Of a DNA stretch of 54,480 nt, positions 46,648-54,480 are shown in pieces. The DNA is taken from assembly GCA_018865545.1 (NCBI GenBank), contig GCA_018865545.1_3633.2. One strand, given 5' to 3'. Under the pieces are notes generated by a model that saw only the letters and a list, made by a program, of their open reading frames with translations, was not told the DNA's origin and made no database searches. The stretch is from a phage. Position 1 is the first letter of the stretch, and each line of letters opens with the position of its first letter. Position numbers and translations under genes: made by a program.

Positions 46648-47538
46648 TTATTTACCTGTAGGTAATGTTACAAACGGGGCTTGTGCTCCACTAGTCATAT
46701 ACACAGGTGTTACACCATTCCATTTATTAATTGCTTCAAGCTGCATAATCTCTGGATTTTTACGCAGAGCAGCACCACGTAGTTCAATAGATTCTGCATC
46801 ACCTTTGGCAATCAAGATTTTAGCATCTGCTTCGCCTTGTGCTTGGAGTCGTTTAGACTCAGCCTCGCCACGAGCCGCCTCAATACGTTTCTGGGCTTCA
46901 GCTTTCACTTGCTGAATTTCGTTTTCACGAAGCAGTGCTTTTTGTGTCGCTTCGATTTTATCATTAATGGAAGCAGTCACCTTTGGCGGATACACAAGAT
47001 CGTCAGTATAAGAAAGTTTCACAAGCACAATACCAACAGGATCAAGTTTTTGTTTCAGATGCTTGGTTACGCTCTCAAGCAGTTGTGTTTTTCCATCACC
47101 AGTCAGTGTACCGATATCCATTGAACCAGCTTCTTTGATCAAAGCATCAGAGATATTCTGGCGAATGTTTACCTCTGTAATTTCTTGTACACCTTTACGG
47201 TACGTCTGGAAAATAGTCGTTACTTTAGAACGATCAACATAATATTCAACACCAATTTTCGCAGAAACTGTCATAGAGTCTTTTGTCTGGAAATTGAATG
47301 GTTGGTCATAGTTATGCAACTGGTTAAAAGTCGGGAACTGATAAATCTCTTCGTTCCAAGTCAGCCAGTACTTACCTACCCCAACCTCTTGTTGCTGGAC
47401 ACCTTTTTCATCACCGTACAGATCAACTTTAACGCCAACGTAACCTGCTGGAACGGTTGCACGCTCACAACCTGTGAGACCAATTGCAGAGACTGCAAGA
47501 ATACCTGCAAAAATAACTCGTTTAATAGATTTAAACAT
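46648..47538 (-). CDS. SPFH/band-7 (prohibitin-like) lipoprotein
   Basis: Lipobox-like LTGC near the N-terminus; C-terminal coiled coil EIQQVKAEAQKRIEAARGEAESKRLQAQGEADAKILIAKGDAES typical of band-7 proteins. Confidence 0.7.
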   Translation of the reverse strand: MFKSIKRVIFAGILAVSAIGLTGCERATVPAGYVGVKVDLYGDEKGVQQQEVGVGKYWLTWNEEIYQFPTFNQLHNYDQPFNFQTKDSMTVSAKIGVEYYVDRSKVTTIFQTYRKGVQEITEVNIRQNISDALIKEAGSMDIGTLTGDGKTQLLESVTKHLKQKLDPVGIVLVKLSYTDDLVYPPKVTASINDKIEATQKALLRENEIQQVKAEAQKRIEAARGEAESKRLQAQGEADAKILIAKGDAESIELRGAALRKNPEIMQLEAINKWNGVTPVYMTSGAQAPFVTLPTGK

Positions 47539-47551
47539 TAAACCAATCTCC

Positions 47552-47764
47552 TTACTTTTTACGTTTTCCAGTTTTCTTCTTAGAAGACTTGCCTAAGAAG
47601 ACCTTACGCCCCCAGACAAAAACAATCATCGGAGACACAAACAACATTGCAAAACCACACATTACCATCAGTGTGTCTTTTGCAGACAGCATTGTTGGTA
47701 CTACAAATCCAATGATGACACAGATAAAAACAAGAATACCAACGCAATTTAAATACGTCTTCAC
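47552..47764 (-). CDS. small membrane protein (possible NfeD-like partner of the SPFH protein)
   Basis: ORF track; two hydrophobic helices and a Lys-rich tail; immediately upstream of the SPFH gene. Confidence 0.4.
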   Translation of the reverse strand: MKTYLNCVGILVFICVIIGFVVPTMLSAKDTLMVMCGFAMLFVSPMIVFVWGRKVFLGKSSKKKTGKRKK

Positions 47765-47766
47765 AA

Positions 47767-48084
47767 TTATCCCTCACGACCAAACAGAATATCCACCTCA
47801 GCCATTTGCTCAACCTTTTCCTCAAGGTCTTTTCGCTTCTTACCCGCTTGGTATTGTCGGTCAAATTCTGCATTTATCATTGCATTGATAAATTTAGGGT
47901 CGTATCCGTGGCTTTCTTTTTCTACGGATACGATATCTTTAAGCATGTCACTTGCGTCTTTTTTCATGATGCGAGCTTCAACACCTTCCAAGATGACTTT
48001 TTTCAGTCGATCGCGCTCAACAGGATCAGAAGGTAAAGTATTTTTCAGTTCAATTTTTGTTTTAGGCATACGTGGCATTTTCAT
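47767..48084 (-). CDS. hypothetical protein
   Basis: ORF track. Confidence 0.45.
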   Translation of the reverse strand: MKMPRMPKTKIELKNTLPSDPVERDRLKKVILEGVEARIMKKDASDMLKDIVSVEKESHGYDPKFINAMINAEFDRQYQAGKKRKDLEEKVEQMAEVDILFGREG

Positions 48085-48142
48085 CTCCTCTGTCTACGTA
48101 TAAATTTAATTATAAAAATTTTATATGGTTTGTCAAGGGGTA

Positions 48143-48349
48143 TTAAATAAAATCTACACCAATTAAATCACCATCACAACGAGCAATATTATCTGCCACA
48201 CTGCTAAGTTCATAGACATAGCAAGTATGAGCATATTTCTTAGCGCCACCCCAACGGCGCTTTACAACAAAGCGTACAACACACTTCTGAAACAGTGTTT
48301 CTGTACCACCGCGTTGTTCGATCTTCTTGATAAGGTCTTCGATATTCAC
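48143..48349 (-). CDS. hypothetical protein
   Basis: ORF track. Confidence 0.4.
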   Translation of the reverse strand: MNIEDLIKKIEQRGGTETLFQKCVVRFVVKRRWGGAKKYAHTCYVYELSSVADNIARCDGDLIGVDFI

Positions 48350-48361
48350 TTTTTACCACAC

Positions 48362-48389
48362 TTCCAAAACAAGCCCCTTATAAGGGGCT
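48362..48389 (-). terminator. rho-independent terminator
   Basis: On the minus strand, hairpin AGCCCCTTA/TAAGGGGCT followed by TTGTTTT. Confidence 0.5.
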
Positions 48390-48404
48390 ATTGTTATATA
48401 TTGA

Positions 48405-49094
48405 TTACACTTTAATAATCGGTTCAACAAAGGTAATTGGTTTCATAATTTTACCATTACCATCCATAAAGGCAACACGTTCACCGACCTGAACATGGAT
48501 TACAGAATTATAGCGTCCTTTTGAACGGCGTTCAATCTCTTTGCATTCAAACTCCAACATCTCCAGTTCTTTATCCTTGTAGTCAGGATATTTAACAAGT
48601 AGTTGTGTGATTGTTGGGAACTTAGAGTCGTTAGAATTAAGAACCTCTTCCATATTATACCCAAGATTGATATCCAATTTATAGCATAAAGCCACAACTT
48701 GTTTCAAAATCTCAGCATAATCAGAGATTTTCAACTTATCTTTATGTACCAAGTCAAGCAAACTACCGATTTGCAACTCAACCGTGTCTGAGGGAACCAT
48801 GCATGACTCCCATTTTTCAGTGTCCCACTGCACCAAACGCAAAGCGTAAGAGCTTACGACAAAAAGATCACAGGCTGCATCAATAACCGCTGCCTTGTCG
48901 GATGATGATAAGGCTTCAATAAGCTCAGAAAGCTCCTCTTTAATAAGATTTGTTTGTAGTTTAATATCTGTTGACATTCCTCCACGACCAATCCTTGCTA
49001 CCTCATTCCATTTGGCAACACGATGACCATATGCAATCATGTTATCAGGCTTGCTCATGGTTTCAAGTGTGGAATACATATTTTTTAAATTCAT
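48405..49094 (-). CDS. MazG-like nucleotide pyrophosphohydrolase (tentative)
   Basis: IKEELSELIEAL...DAACDL resembles the MazG EExxE...ExxD motif. Confidence 0.4.
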   Translation of the reverse strand: MNLKNMYSTLETMSKPDNMIAYGHRVAKWNEVARIGRGGMSTDIKLQTNLIKEELSELIEALSSSDKAAVIDAACDLFVVSSYALRLVQWDTEKWESCMVPSDTVELQIGSLLDLVHKDKLKISDYAEILKQVVALCYKLDINLGYNMEEVLNSNDSKFPTITQLLVKYPDYKDKELEMLEFECKEIERRSKGRYNSVIHVQVGERVAFMDGNGKIMKPITFVEPIIKV

Positions 49095-49103
49095 CTCTTC
49101 TCC

Positions 49104-49475
49104 TTAATTTACTGCATCTGGTATATGATCACCATCTGGTTGATCACGAATTATTCTTAGAGGTAACAAAGCACCATTTTTTCCTGTGAACAGACATTTA
49201 TCTGCATAGCTACCATTCTTGTACCAAGAGTATGATGTATTAACTTTATAAGTCATACCATCAAACTGGCAAGCAACAGTGTTAATTATTGGCCTAATAA
49301 GACAAAATGTAAGGATACCAATAACAACAAACCATGCGATAATAATCTTGCGAATATTTGGTTTTACCCAATCAATAAAATCATCTAATTTATCCCGTCT
49401 GAACCTATATGCCAGATACACACATACAGAGAACAGTATAGTAGTCAGTAGAACGAACACCCAATACCAAATCAT
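49104..49475 (-). CDS. membrane protein
   Basis: ORF track; N-terminal and internal hydrophobic helices. Confidence 0.45.
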   Translation of the reverse strand: MIWYWVFVLLTTILFSVCVYLAYRFRRDKLDDFIDWVKPNIRKIIIAWFVVIGILTFCLIRPIINTVACQFDGMTYKVNTSYSWYKNGSYADKCLFTGKNGALLPLRIIRDQPDGDHIPDAVN

Positions 49476-49487
49476 AATTATTAACCT

Positions 49488-50777
49488 TTAATATATAGGA
49501 TCCCACGTCAAAGAATCTACCTCACGAACACATTTGCCAACAGGAAATTGCGGAACACCGTCATCGGTCCTTGCTTGGTATGTAAAAGTTATATACTTGC
49601 CGATAAGTTTTTTCATATTCTCTTGTGAGCGTTCTTCGTGTGTGCCTCTCATCTTACAGTTAAATTGTGTACCATCCTTCTCAGCACACAACAGGACACC
49701 TTCTCCATTCTTATCCTCAAAGGAATCAAGAACTCTGGCCTCACCATCCTGAAACAATTTCCACTTTTGAAGATCAGACGATCTTTGTCCAAACTCATAC
49801 TTTCCGTGAAAGTTCCTTATTACAACACCCTCATAACCTGCTTCCATAAACTCCTTGATGAGCATTTTAACACGATCCTCACCAGACACTATTGCTCCGT
49901 GCACCACTTTAATCAGGTTATAAGGCCATGTATATTCAGAGACTTTCTGTAAATTATTAAACCTACACTTGTTTGTGTCAGAAGACATCCATGGTGTGTC
50001 ATCTTCCGAAGGGATATCGAAAATATGATATTCTAAGTCTAAACTTGAATAACCACAATACTTATTAATATTTTTCTCTGGTTTCTTTGTGATAGGATGT
50101 TCTAACCCTTCGGAGTCTTTCCAAAATTCATCACCATTGTTAATTGCTTTTTCAAATCGCTTTATGTCTGATTGATAGTCTTTTTCTATCTCACACTCTA
50201 TCTCTTCTGGTGTTCTCCATTTCTTAGCCAAAGAGACTATTTTCTGGAGACTTAACCCATGAATATACAACTCACCATCAAACATTTTCAACCCTGTCTT
50301 TTTGGCTAGCTTAGACATCTGATCAAGCAATTGGCCTTGTACAGGATATGTTTTATTGCCACGACTATTAAACACAGGTACACCATCATCACCAACAAGA
50401 ACAAGTGCTCTGACACCATCGAGTTTTGGTTGAACATGCACAGGGTACACTAAAGAGCTTTTCCTTTTAATAGCATCATGTGCAAGCATTGGTGAGAAAT
50501 CTTGTGTTTTTGTAAGATCATCCTTTGATACACGATACCCAAGGCGTACTTGTTTTTCCCACTTAGATTTTGCCTCCAAAACAGCTTGTTCTGTATCAGT
50601 TGTCTCATTTTTCTTACCGATGTTTTTGGCAAAGCATTTTGTGCGTTTATACTGCATTTTACCGTTTTCTTTACCAAACTCAACAACAGTTTCTGATCCA
50701 TCTACCCACACATTCCACACTTGATATGTACCATCCCTGTTTATGGCGTACAGTGTTGGGAGGTTATTTTCAAGCAT
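49488..50777 (-). CDS. ATP-dependent DNA ligase
   Basis: Motif I KLDGVR, motif III FDGELYIHG, motif IV EGVVIRN, motif V DLQKWKLF; start set to ATG50777 behind GCGAGGT RBS. Confidence 0.7.
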   Translation of the reverse strand: MLENNLPTLYAINRDGTYQVWNVWVDGSETVVEFGKENGKMQYKRTKCFAKNIGKKNETTDTEQAVLEAKSKWEKQVRLGYRVSKDDLTKTQDFSPMLAHDAIKRKSSLVYPVHVQPKLDGVRALVLVGDDGVPVFNSRGNKTYPVQGQLLDQMSKLAKKTGLKMFDGELYIHGLSLQKIVSLAKKWRTPEEIECEIEKDYQSDIKRFEKAINNGDEFWKDSEGLEHPITKKPEKNINKYCGYSSLDLEYHIFDIPSEDDTPWMSSDTNKCRFNNLQKVSEYTWPYNLIKVVHGAIVSGEDRVKMLIKEFMEAGYEGVVIRNFHGKYEFGQRSSDLQKWKLFQDGEARVLDSFEDKNGEGVLLCAEKDGTQFNCKMRGTHEERSQENMKKLIGKYITFTYQARTDDGVPQFPVGKCVREVDSLTWDPIY

Positions 50778-51555
50778 TAAATACCTCGCTTGTGACAACA
50801 GATTTTCCTTCAAGGTGATTCTCTACCAACTCGATAAGTTTTTGGTTGCTGAATGCTTCAACTGCTCCACAGCGCATTTGGTACACACCATATTTATCAT
50901 ACTGCTCTTGTTCAAAGTAATTAATCGCTGGGTTTATTACAACGAGTTTAATACCTCGTTTTGCGATTGCATGTAGCAATTCCCAGTTAAAGTCGATAAC
51001 TTGGTTAGAGCAGCCAACCAGAAGTACAAGGTCTTGAGTATTCAAGTCATCAAGCATGGTAAACATGTCCTGATAAAGTGGTGCATTCTCACCGAAAAAT
51101 ACCACATTTGGCTTGCACCACCAGTAATCATCAGGATCAACAGCCGTATACCCAACATCAATCACACGCTTAGGAAACTCTTCACCATTCTGTACAACAA
51201 GCTCTTTTAGAAAACCATGCACATGGAGAATATCTTTCTTTTCAATGCCAGCGCGTTCAAGCAGATCGTCAACATTTGTTGTAAGATTACGTACTTGACC
51301 AGGATAACGCTTATACCATTCTGCAACACGCAGATGTGCCATGTTGGGATGGACAGTCTTCAATTCCTCACGACGTTTGTTATAAAATTCGTGTGTTTTG
51401 TGATAGAAATTGCCACGAAATGCATGAATATTACATACTTCTTCAAGATCATATTCGTCCCAGAGGGCTTTACCTGAAGAAGTATCTGTACGGAATGTAC
51501 GAATACCGCTTTCTGTTGACATACCTGCACCACTAATCACAAGTAATCGACGCAT
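50770..51555 (-). CDS. Sir2-family NAD-dependent deacetylase / ADP-ribosyltransferase
   Basis: LVISGAGMSTESGIRTFR matches the Sir2 GAGxSxxSGIPxFR motif. Confidence 0.75.
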   Translation of the reverse strand: MRRLLVISGAGMSTESGIRTFRTDTSSGKALWDEYDLEEVCNIHAFRGNFYHKTHEFYNKRREELKTVHPNMAHLRVAEWYKRYPGQVRNLTTNVDDLLERAGIEKKDILHVHGFLKELVVQNGEEFPKRVIDVGYTAVDPDDYWWCKPNVVFFGENAPLYQDMFTMLDDLNTQDLVLLVGCSNQVIDFNWELLHAIAKRGIKLVVINPAINYFEQEQYDKYGVYQMRCGAVEAFSNQKLIELVENHLEGKSVVTSEVFNA

Positions 51556-51563
51556 ATAACCAC

Positions 51564-51971
51564 CTATTGTAATTTTAAAGAGTTACGTAAACGTGCTTCT
51601 TGACGATCACGAATAAACTGCGGGACATCATGAATGCTTTCGTTACCATGATAATTTTCCACAACTACAGATGTTACATCATAGCAGTAGTTTTCTGCTA
51701 AGTCAAGATAAGGTTTCAACTCTTTCGCAGAAGTTGTTGTGTTTGAAACAATAATCTTTTCAACTTCATTCTGCATGTGGAGTTCTACTTTGTCACGACA
51801 CCATTGATGAGCTTTGTGGACATTTTCTTCTTTCCACTCATACACACCGTCTTCGGTGTAATGAAATTGGTCAGCTTCACACACAGGCCAACGACCATCA
51901 TCAGACAACTCTTTAGCAAGAGTTGATTTTCCTGACCCAGAGACACCACGTAAAATAAATAACTTTTTCAT
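51564..51971 (-). CDS. P-loop polynucleotide 5'-kinase-like protein
   Basis: MKKLFILRGVSGSGKSTLAKEL resembles the N-terminus of the T4 Pnk kinase domain. Confidence 0.55.
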   Translation of the reverse strand: MKKLFILRGVSGSGKSTLAKELSDDGRWPVCEADQFHYTEDGVYEWKEENVHKAHQWCRDKVELHMQNEVEKIIVSNTTTSAKELKPYLDLAENYCYDVTSVVVENYHGNESIHDVPQFIRDRQEARLRNSLKLQ

Positions 51972-51981
51972 CAGTTTTCCT

Positions 51982-52314
51982 TTAGTATTGGTGGCGGTAT
52001 AATTTTATACCAAGAATATTTTCAAAATATTCTTTCGCCAACATGAATTTGTTCACAGCAGATGGGTTAGAGCTATGTACGTGAATTTCTTTAAGATTCA
52101 TAAACTTACCATCATGAAGCTCACGTTCAACATAGAGGAAAGCATCGTAACCTTCCTCATCAGAACCCAAATCATTATCAAAATGAATTGAATCAATGTC
52201 ACTATCACTCATAAATTTTAGTAATGAGTAAAAGCTAGAGAGATTCTTACACCATAAAGCATTAGGGTAGCCATAATCTACTGGATTTCGTAGATCATCC
52301 AACCATAGTTTCAA
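51982..52314 (-). CDS. hypothetical protein
   Basis: ORF track; between the kinase and RNA ligase genes. Confidence 0.45.
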   Translation of the reverse strand: MKLWLDDLRNPVDYGYPNALWCKNLSSFYSLLKFMSDSDIDSIHFDNDLGSDEEGYDAFLYVERELHDGKFMNLKEIHVHSSNPSAVNKFMLAKEYFENILGIKLYRHQY

Positions 52315-53243
52315 ATTGTGCCTCCGAAAAAATCCTCGATGATTTCACGACGGAATTGTTCATGCAAACATTCCCAATGTTCTTTAGAATAGTTATCACG
52401 CAAGTAGTTTAAAAGGTTATAATACTCTTCGTCAACTTTCTTCTTAGCTTCTTCTGGGTTTCCCCAAATCATATCCCACTTGTTCTTACCGCCACGCATC
52501 AAAAATTTCTTCGCCAAATAGTGTGGTGATTTTATCTTCAAGAGAAGATCTTGCTGTCCTGTAGCATCACGTACAACAAACCCTTCATGTTTGCATTCTT
52601 TAGACATTTTCAGGATGTCTGAAAAGTGCATATTTATGTAAATCTCTGGTCGTTTAAAACCGAACTCTTTTGCGATAAGATCCAGAGCTTTTTCACTAAG
52701 CATAGAAGTTAATTTGTTTTTATGAAATCGGACACCAATCAAATACACACCTGCCTTTTCTGGTACAATGTGTGGGTCTGAAGGAGCGCAAATCTCAAAG
52801 ATAAATGTTGTCTTTGGTTCTTCCACACATGATAACAACATTGGCAAATTAGTACATTCTTCCATGATCATACCTTTTGCAAGTTTTGCAAAATCGGAAT
52901 CTAAAGTTCCTGTTGTTGAAACAATTAGCTCACCATTGTATGAGCTTACTGCTGCCATGAAGCCATTAACTTTACGTGCTGCATTCACAACCATATCTTT
53001 TGGAAGATCAGTACCGTTCTCTAAATGATTGAAAATCTTTGTAAAAGGCCAAACAATAATGTTGTCATCACTGTCCACAACCATACCACGGCAATCAAGT
53101 AAGCGACTGTCTTGATCCCACAAGTTTTCCCAGAAAACTTTGTTACTGTATTTCAAAACAGACAAACCTTTAAACTCACCACTGGTATAAGTCTTCTTTT
53201 TGACAAGGCCTTTTGCTACTAAATCTTCAACATTAAATTTCAT
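52311..53243 (-). CDS. RNA ligase (covalent nucleotidyltransferase, KxNG type)
   Basis: Motif I KVNGF, motif III IFEIC, motif IV EGFVVRD, motif V LLLKIKSPHY; KxNG rather than KxDG favours an RNA ligase. Confidence 0.55.
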   Translation of the reverse strand: MKFNVEDLVAKGLVKKKTYTSGEFKGLSVLKYSNKVFWENLWDQDSRLLDCRGMVVDSDDNIIVWPFTKIFNHLENGTDLPKDMVVNAARKVNGFMAAVSSYNGELIVSTTGTLDSDFAKLAKGMIMEECTNLPMLLSCVEEPKTTFIFEICAPSDPHIVPEKAGVYLIGVRFHKNKLTSMLSEKALDLIAKEFGFKRPEIYINMHFSDILKMSKECKHEGFVVRDATGQQDLLLKIKSPHYLAKKFLMRGGKNKWDMIWGNPEEAKKKVDEEYYNLLNYLRDNYSKEHWECLHEQFRREIIEDFFGGTI

Positions 53244-53440
53244 TTGTCTTCACCGTCACTATTGTATGATTGTTTATTAAATGACTCAATTATACATGTT
53301 GATCGTCTTGCGTCAACAGATTGGCTTGTTAAATCTTTAGCAACAACCAGCTTTTCCACATCATCTTTTTTGATGGATCCGTAAGCACCAGAATCCATCA
53401 TGAAGAATATTTTATCTTCTGTTATCTTGTGTATTTTCAT
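53240..53440 (-). CDS. hypothetical protein
   Basis: ORF track. Confidence 0.35.
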   Translation of the reverse strand: MKIHKITEDKIFFMMDSGAYGSIKKDDVEKLVVAKDLTSQSVDARRSTCIIESFNKQSYNSDGEDK

Positions 53441-53461
53441 TCATAAAATCTCAATGATTAT

Positions 53462-54040
53462 TCAATGCCCATCAGCAGTGAAAACGTCTTTTTCCATACA
53501 CATTTGGTATGCTTCTGGCAAACCCAAAATTCTCCCATGTACATCCCAACCAACATCAAGAATCCGTCCTTTCGCACTGTAAGATCCGTGGCAATGACCA
53601 TGCAAGAACACAGACCCATAGTGAGATTTATTCCACGCTGCAAACGGGTAATGGCTCATACAAATTTTTTGTTCATAATCGTTAAATTCGTAATAATCGC
53701 ACACATCATGACCACGTTTTTTGAATGTTTTAATCGCATCAAAATTGTCATGATTACCTTTGACAAGGACGATATGCCCAACAAGCTCATCAAGAATTTC
53801 TTCAAGTCTTTTAATAACTTGCTTGCCATGACCGAAACAGAAATCACCAAGCACAAAAGTCACAGTATCGGCATCTGCGCCGTGGTTAAATTTCACTGTG
53901 AGGTCTTGGTTCATTTGTTCAACGGTTTTGTACAAATCACCACGAAAACGTTTTGAACTCTCAAAGTTAAGGATGTTTTTATGCCAGTAATGTAAATCAG
54001 ATGTTACACGGTATTTGGTTCCCATTTCTCTCTCCCACAC
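53462..54040 (-). CDS. calcineurin-like metallophosphoesterase (Ser/Thr phosphatase family)
   Basis: Motifs SDLHY (DxH), LGDFCFGHG (GD), VKGNHD (GNHD), LHGHCH. Confidence 0.75.
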   Translation of the reverse strand: MWEREMGTKYRVTSDLHYWHKNILNFESSKRFRGDLYKTVEQMNQDLTVKFNHGADADTVTFVLGDFCFGHGKQVIKRLEEILDELVGHIVLVKGNHDNFDAIKTFKKRGHDVCDYYEFNDYEQKICMSHYPFAAWNKSHYGSVFLHGHCHGSYSAKGRILDVGWDVHGRILGLPEAYQMCMEKDVFTADGH

Positions 54041-54050
54041 ACAACAAAAA

Positions 54051-54446
54051 TCACTGTCGCTCTAACAAATCTTCTGCTGGATAAGCATACAGCATGTATT
54101 CCCAACCACGATGATAGTGTCTGTGCTGCCAGTTGATTAATTTTAGGCACACAATGTTCACCACGTTCCTGTCCCCATGGATAAAAACACAAGTCTCAAG
54201 GATTGACTTTCCAAACTCAACATGACTGTCAAGATACAGTTTTGTGTTGTATCTTTTTTCAGCATCTAGCATGATCTGTTTCAGAGCCAGAAATGCCTCA
54301 CGACACACAGATTTTTCATCAGAAATCATTTTGATATTCAAGCATTTCCCCCACACAGGCAACCACGTAAATCGTGTCTGATCACCACAACACAATCGGT
54401 TTGAAACAAACCTGTTTGACACACAACTGAATCGTCGTAGTGTCAT
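54051..54446 (-). CDS. hypothetical protein
   Basis: ORF track. Confidence 0.45.
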   Translation of the reverse strand: MTLRRFSCVSNRFVSNRLCCGDQTRFTWLPVWGKCLNIKMISDEKSVCREAFLALKQIMLDAEKRYNTKLYLDSHVEFGKSILETCVFIHGDRNVVNIVCLKLINWQHRHYHRGWEYMLYAYPAEDLLERQ

Positions 54447-54480
54447 GCCAAAACACAGACAGACATGATACGACGAAGAT

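Noticed and set aside
20-54470. Partial inverted similarity between the window ends (TCATCTGTCTGTCTC near 30 and CACAGACAGACATGA near 54455)
   Set aside because: Only about 12 of 15 positions match, and the window lacks structural and polymerase genes so it is not a complete element; probably coincidental.
1-54480. tRNA genes
   Set aside because: None recognised by eye; this is not a reliable negative and needs a tRNA scanner, especially given the CCA-adding enzyme.
1-54480. Integrase or prophage boundary
   Set aside because: No recombinase motifs or att-like flanks were seen; the content fits a virulent phage replication and host-takeover region.

Overview
This window looks like the early/middle region of a large virulent phage of an enterobacterial host (AT-rich, sigma70-like promoters, gene content resembling T5-like phages; the family assignment is an inference, about 0.5). 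No structural, terminase or DNA polymerase genes are present. Everything below was read by eye from the sequence and ORF track; no searches or folding were run.

Three blocks:
- **1-12.85 kb, plus strand:** about 28 small genes, most with their own promoter and strong RBS, ending at intrinsic terminators. Only one has a recognisable motif (a small HAD-like phosphatase).
- **12.85-15.27 kb:** an ORF-free, highly structured region where the two transcription units converge (nested inverted repeats, GT-skewed TGTGTGG repeats).
- **15.27-54.45 kb, minus strand:** a dense leftward operon set for nucleotide metabolism, replication/repair and RNA/tRNA maintenance.

Best-supported calls in the minus block: NrdA, NrdB, a glutaredoxin-like protein, NrdG, and an NrdD gene split into three exons by two ORF-less group I introns. 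Also a ThyX-like protein carrying a LAGLIDADG intein, dNMP kinase, flap endonuclease, HNH and AP2-type homing endonucleases, ATP-dependent DNA ligase, Sir2, PhoH, GH19 endolysin, a ClpP-like protease, a CCA-adding enzyme and an SPFH protein.

Most interesting candidates:
- an RNA healing-and-sealing module (metallophosphoesterase, RNA ligase, P-loop polynucleotide kinase) next to Sir2 and DNA ligase;
- a tRNA-maintenance set (CCA enzyme, PTH2-like protein, Pol-beta nucleotidyltransferase);
- a HigA-like antitoxin homolog fused to an unknown domain, convergent with an isolated plus-strand gene;
- the structured non-coding region and a 3 x 68-bp tandem repeat array.

No tRNA genes, CRISPR arrays or integrase were recognised.
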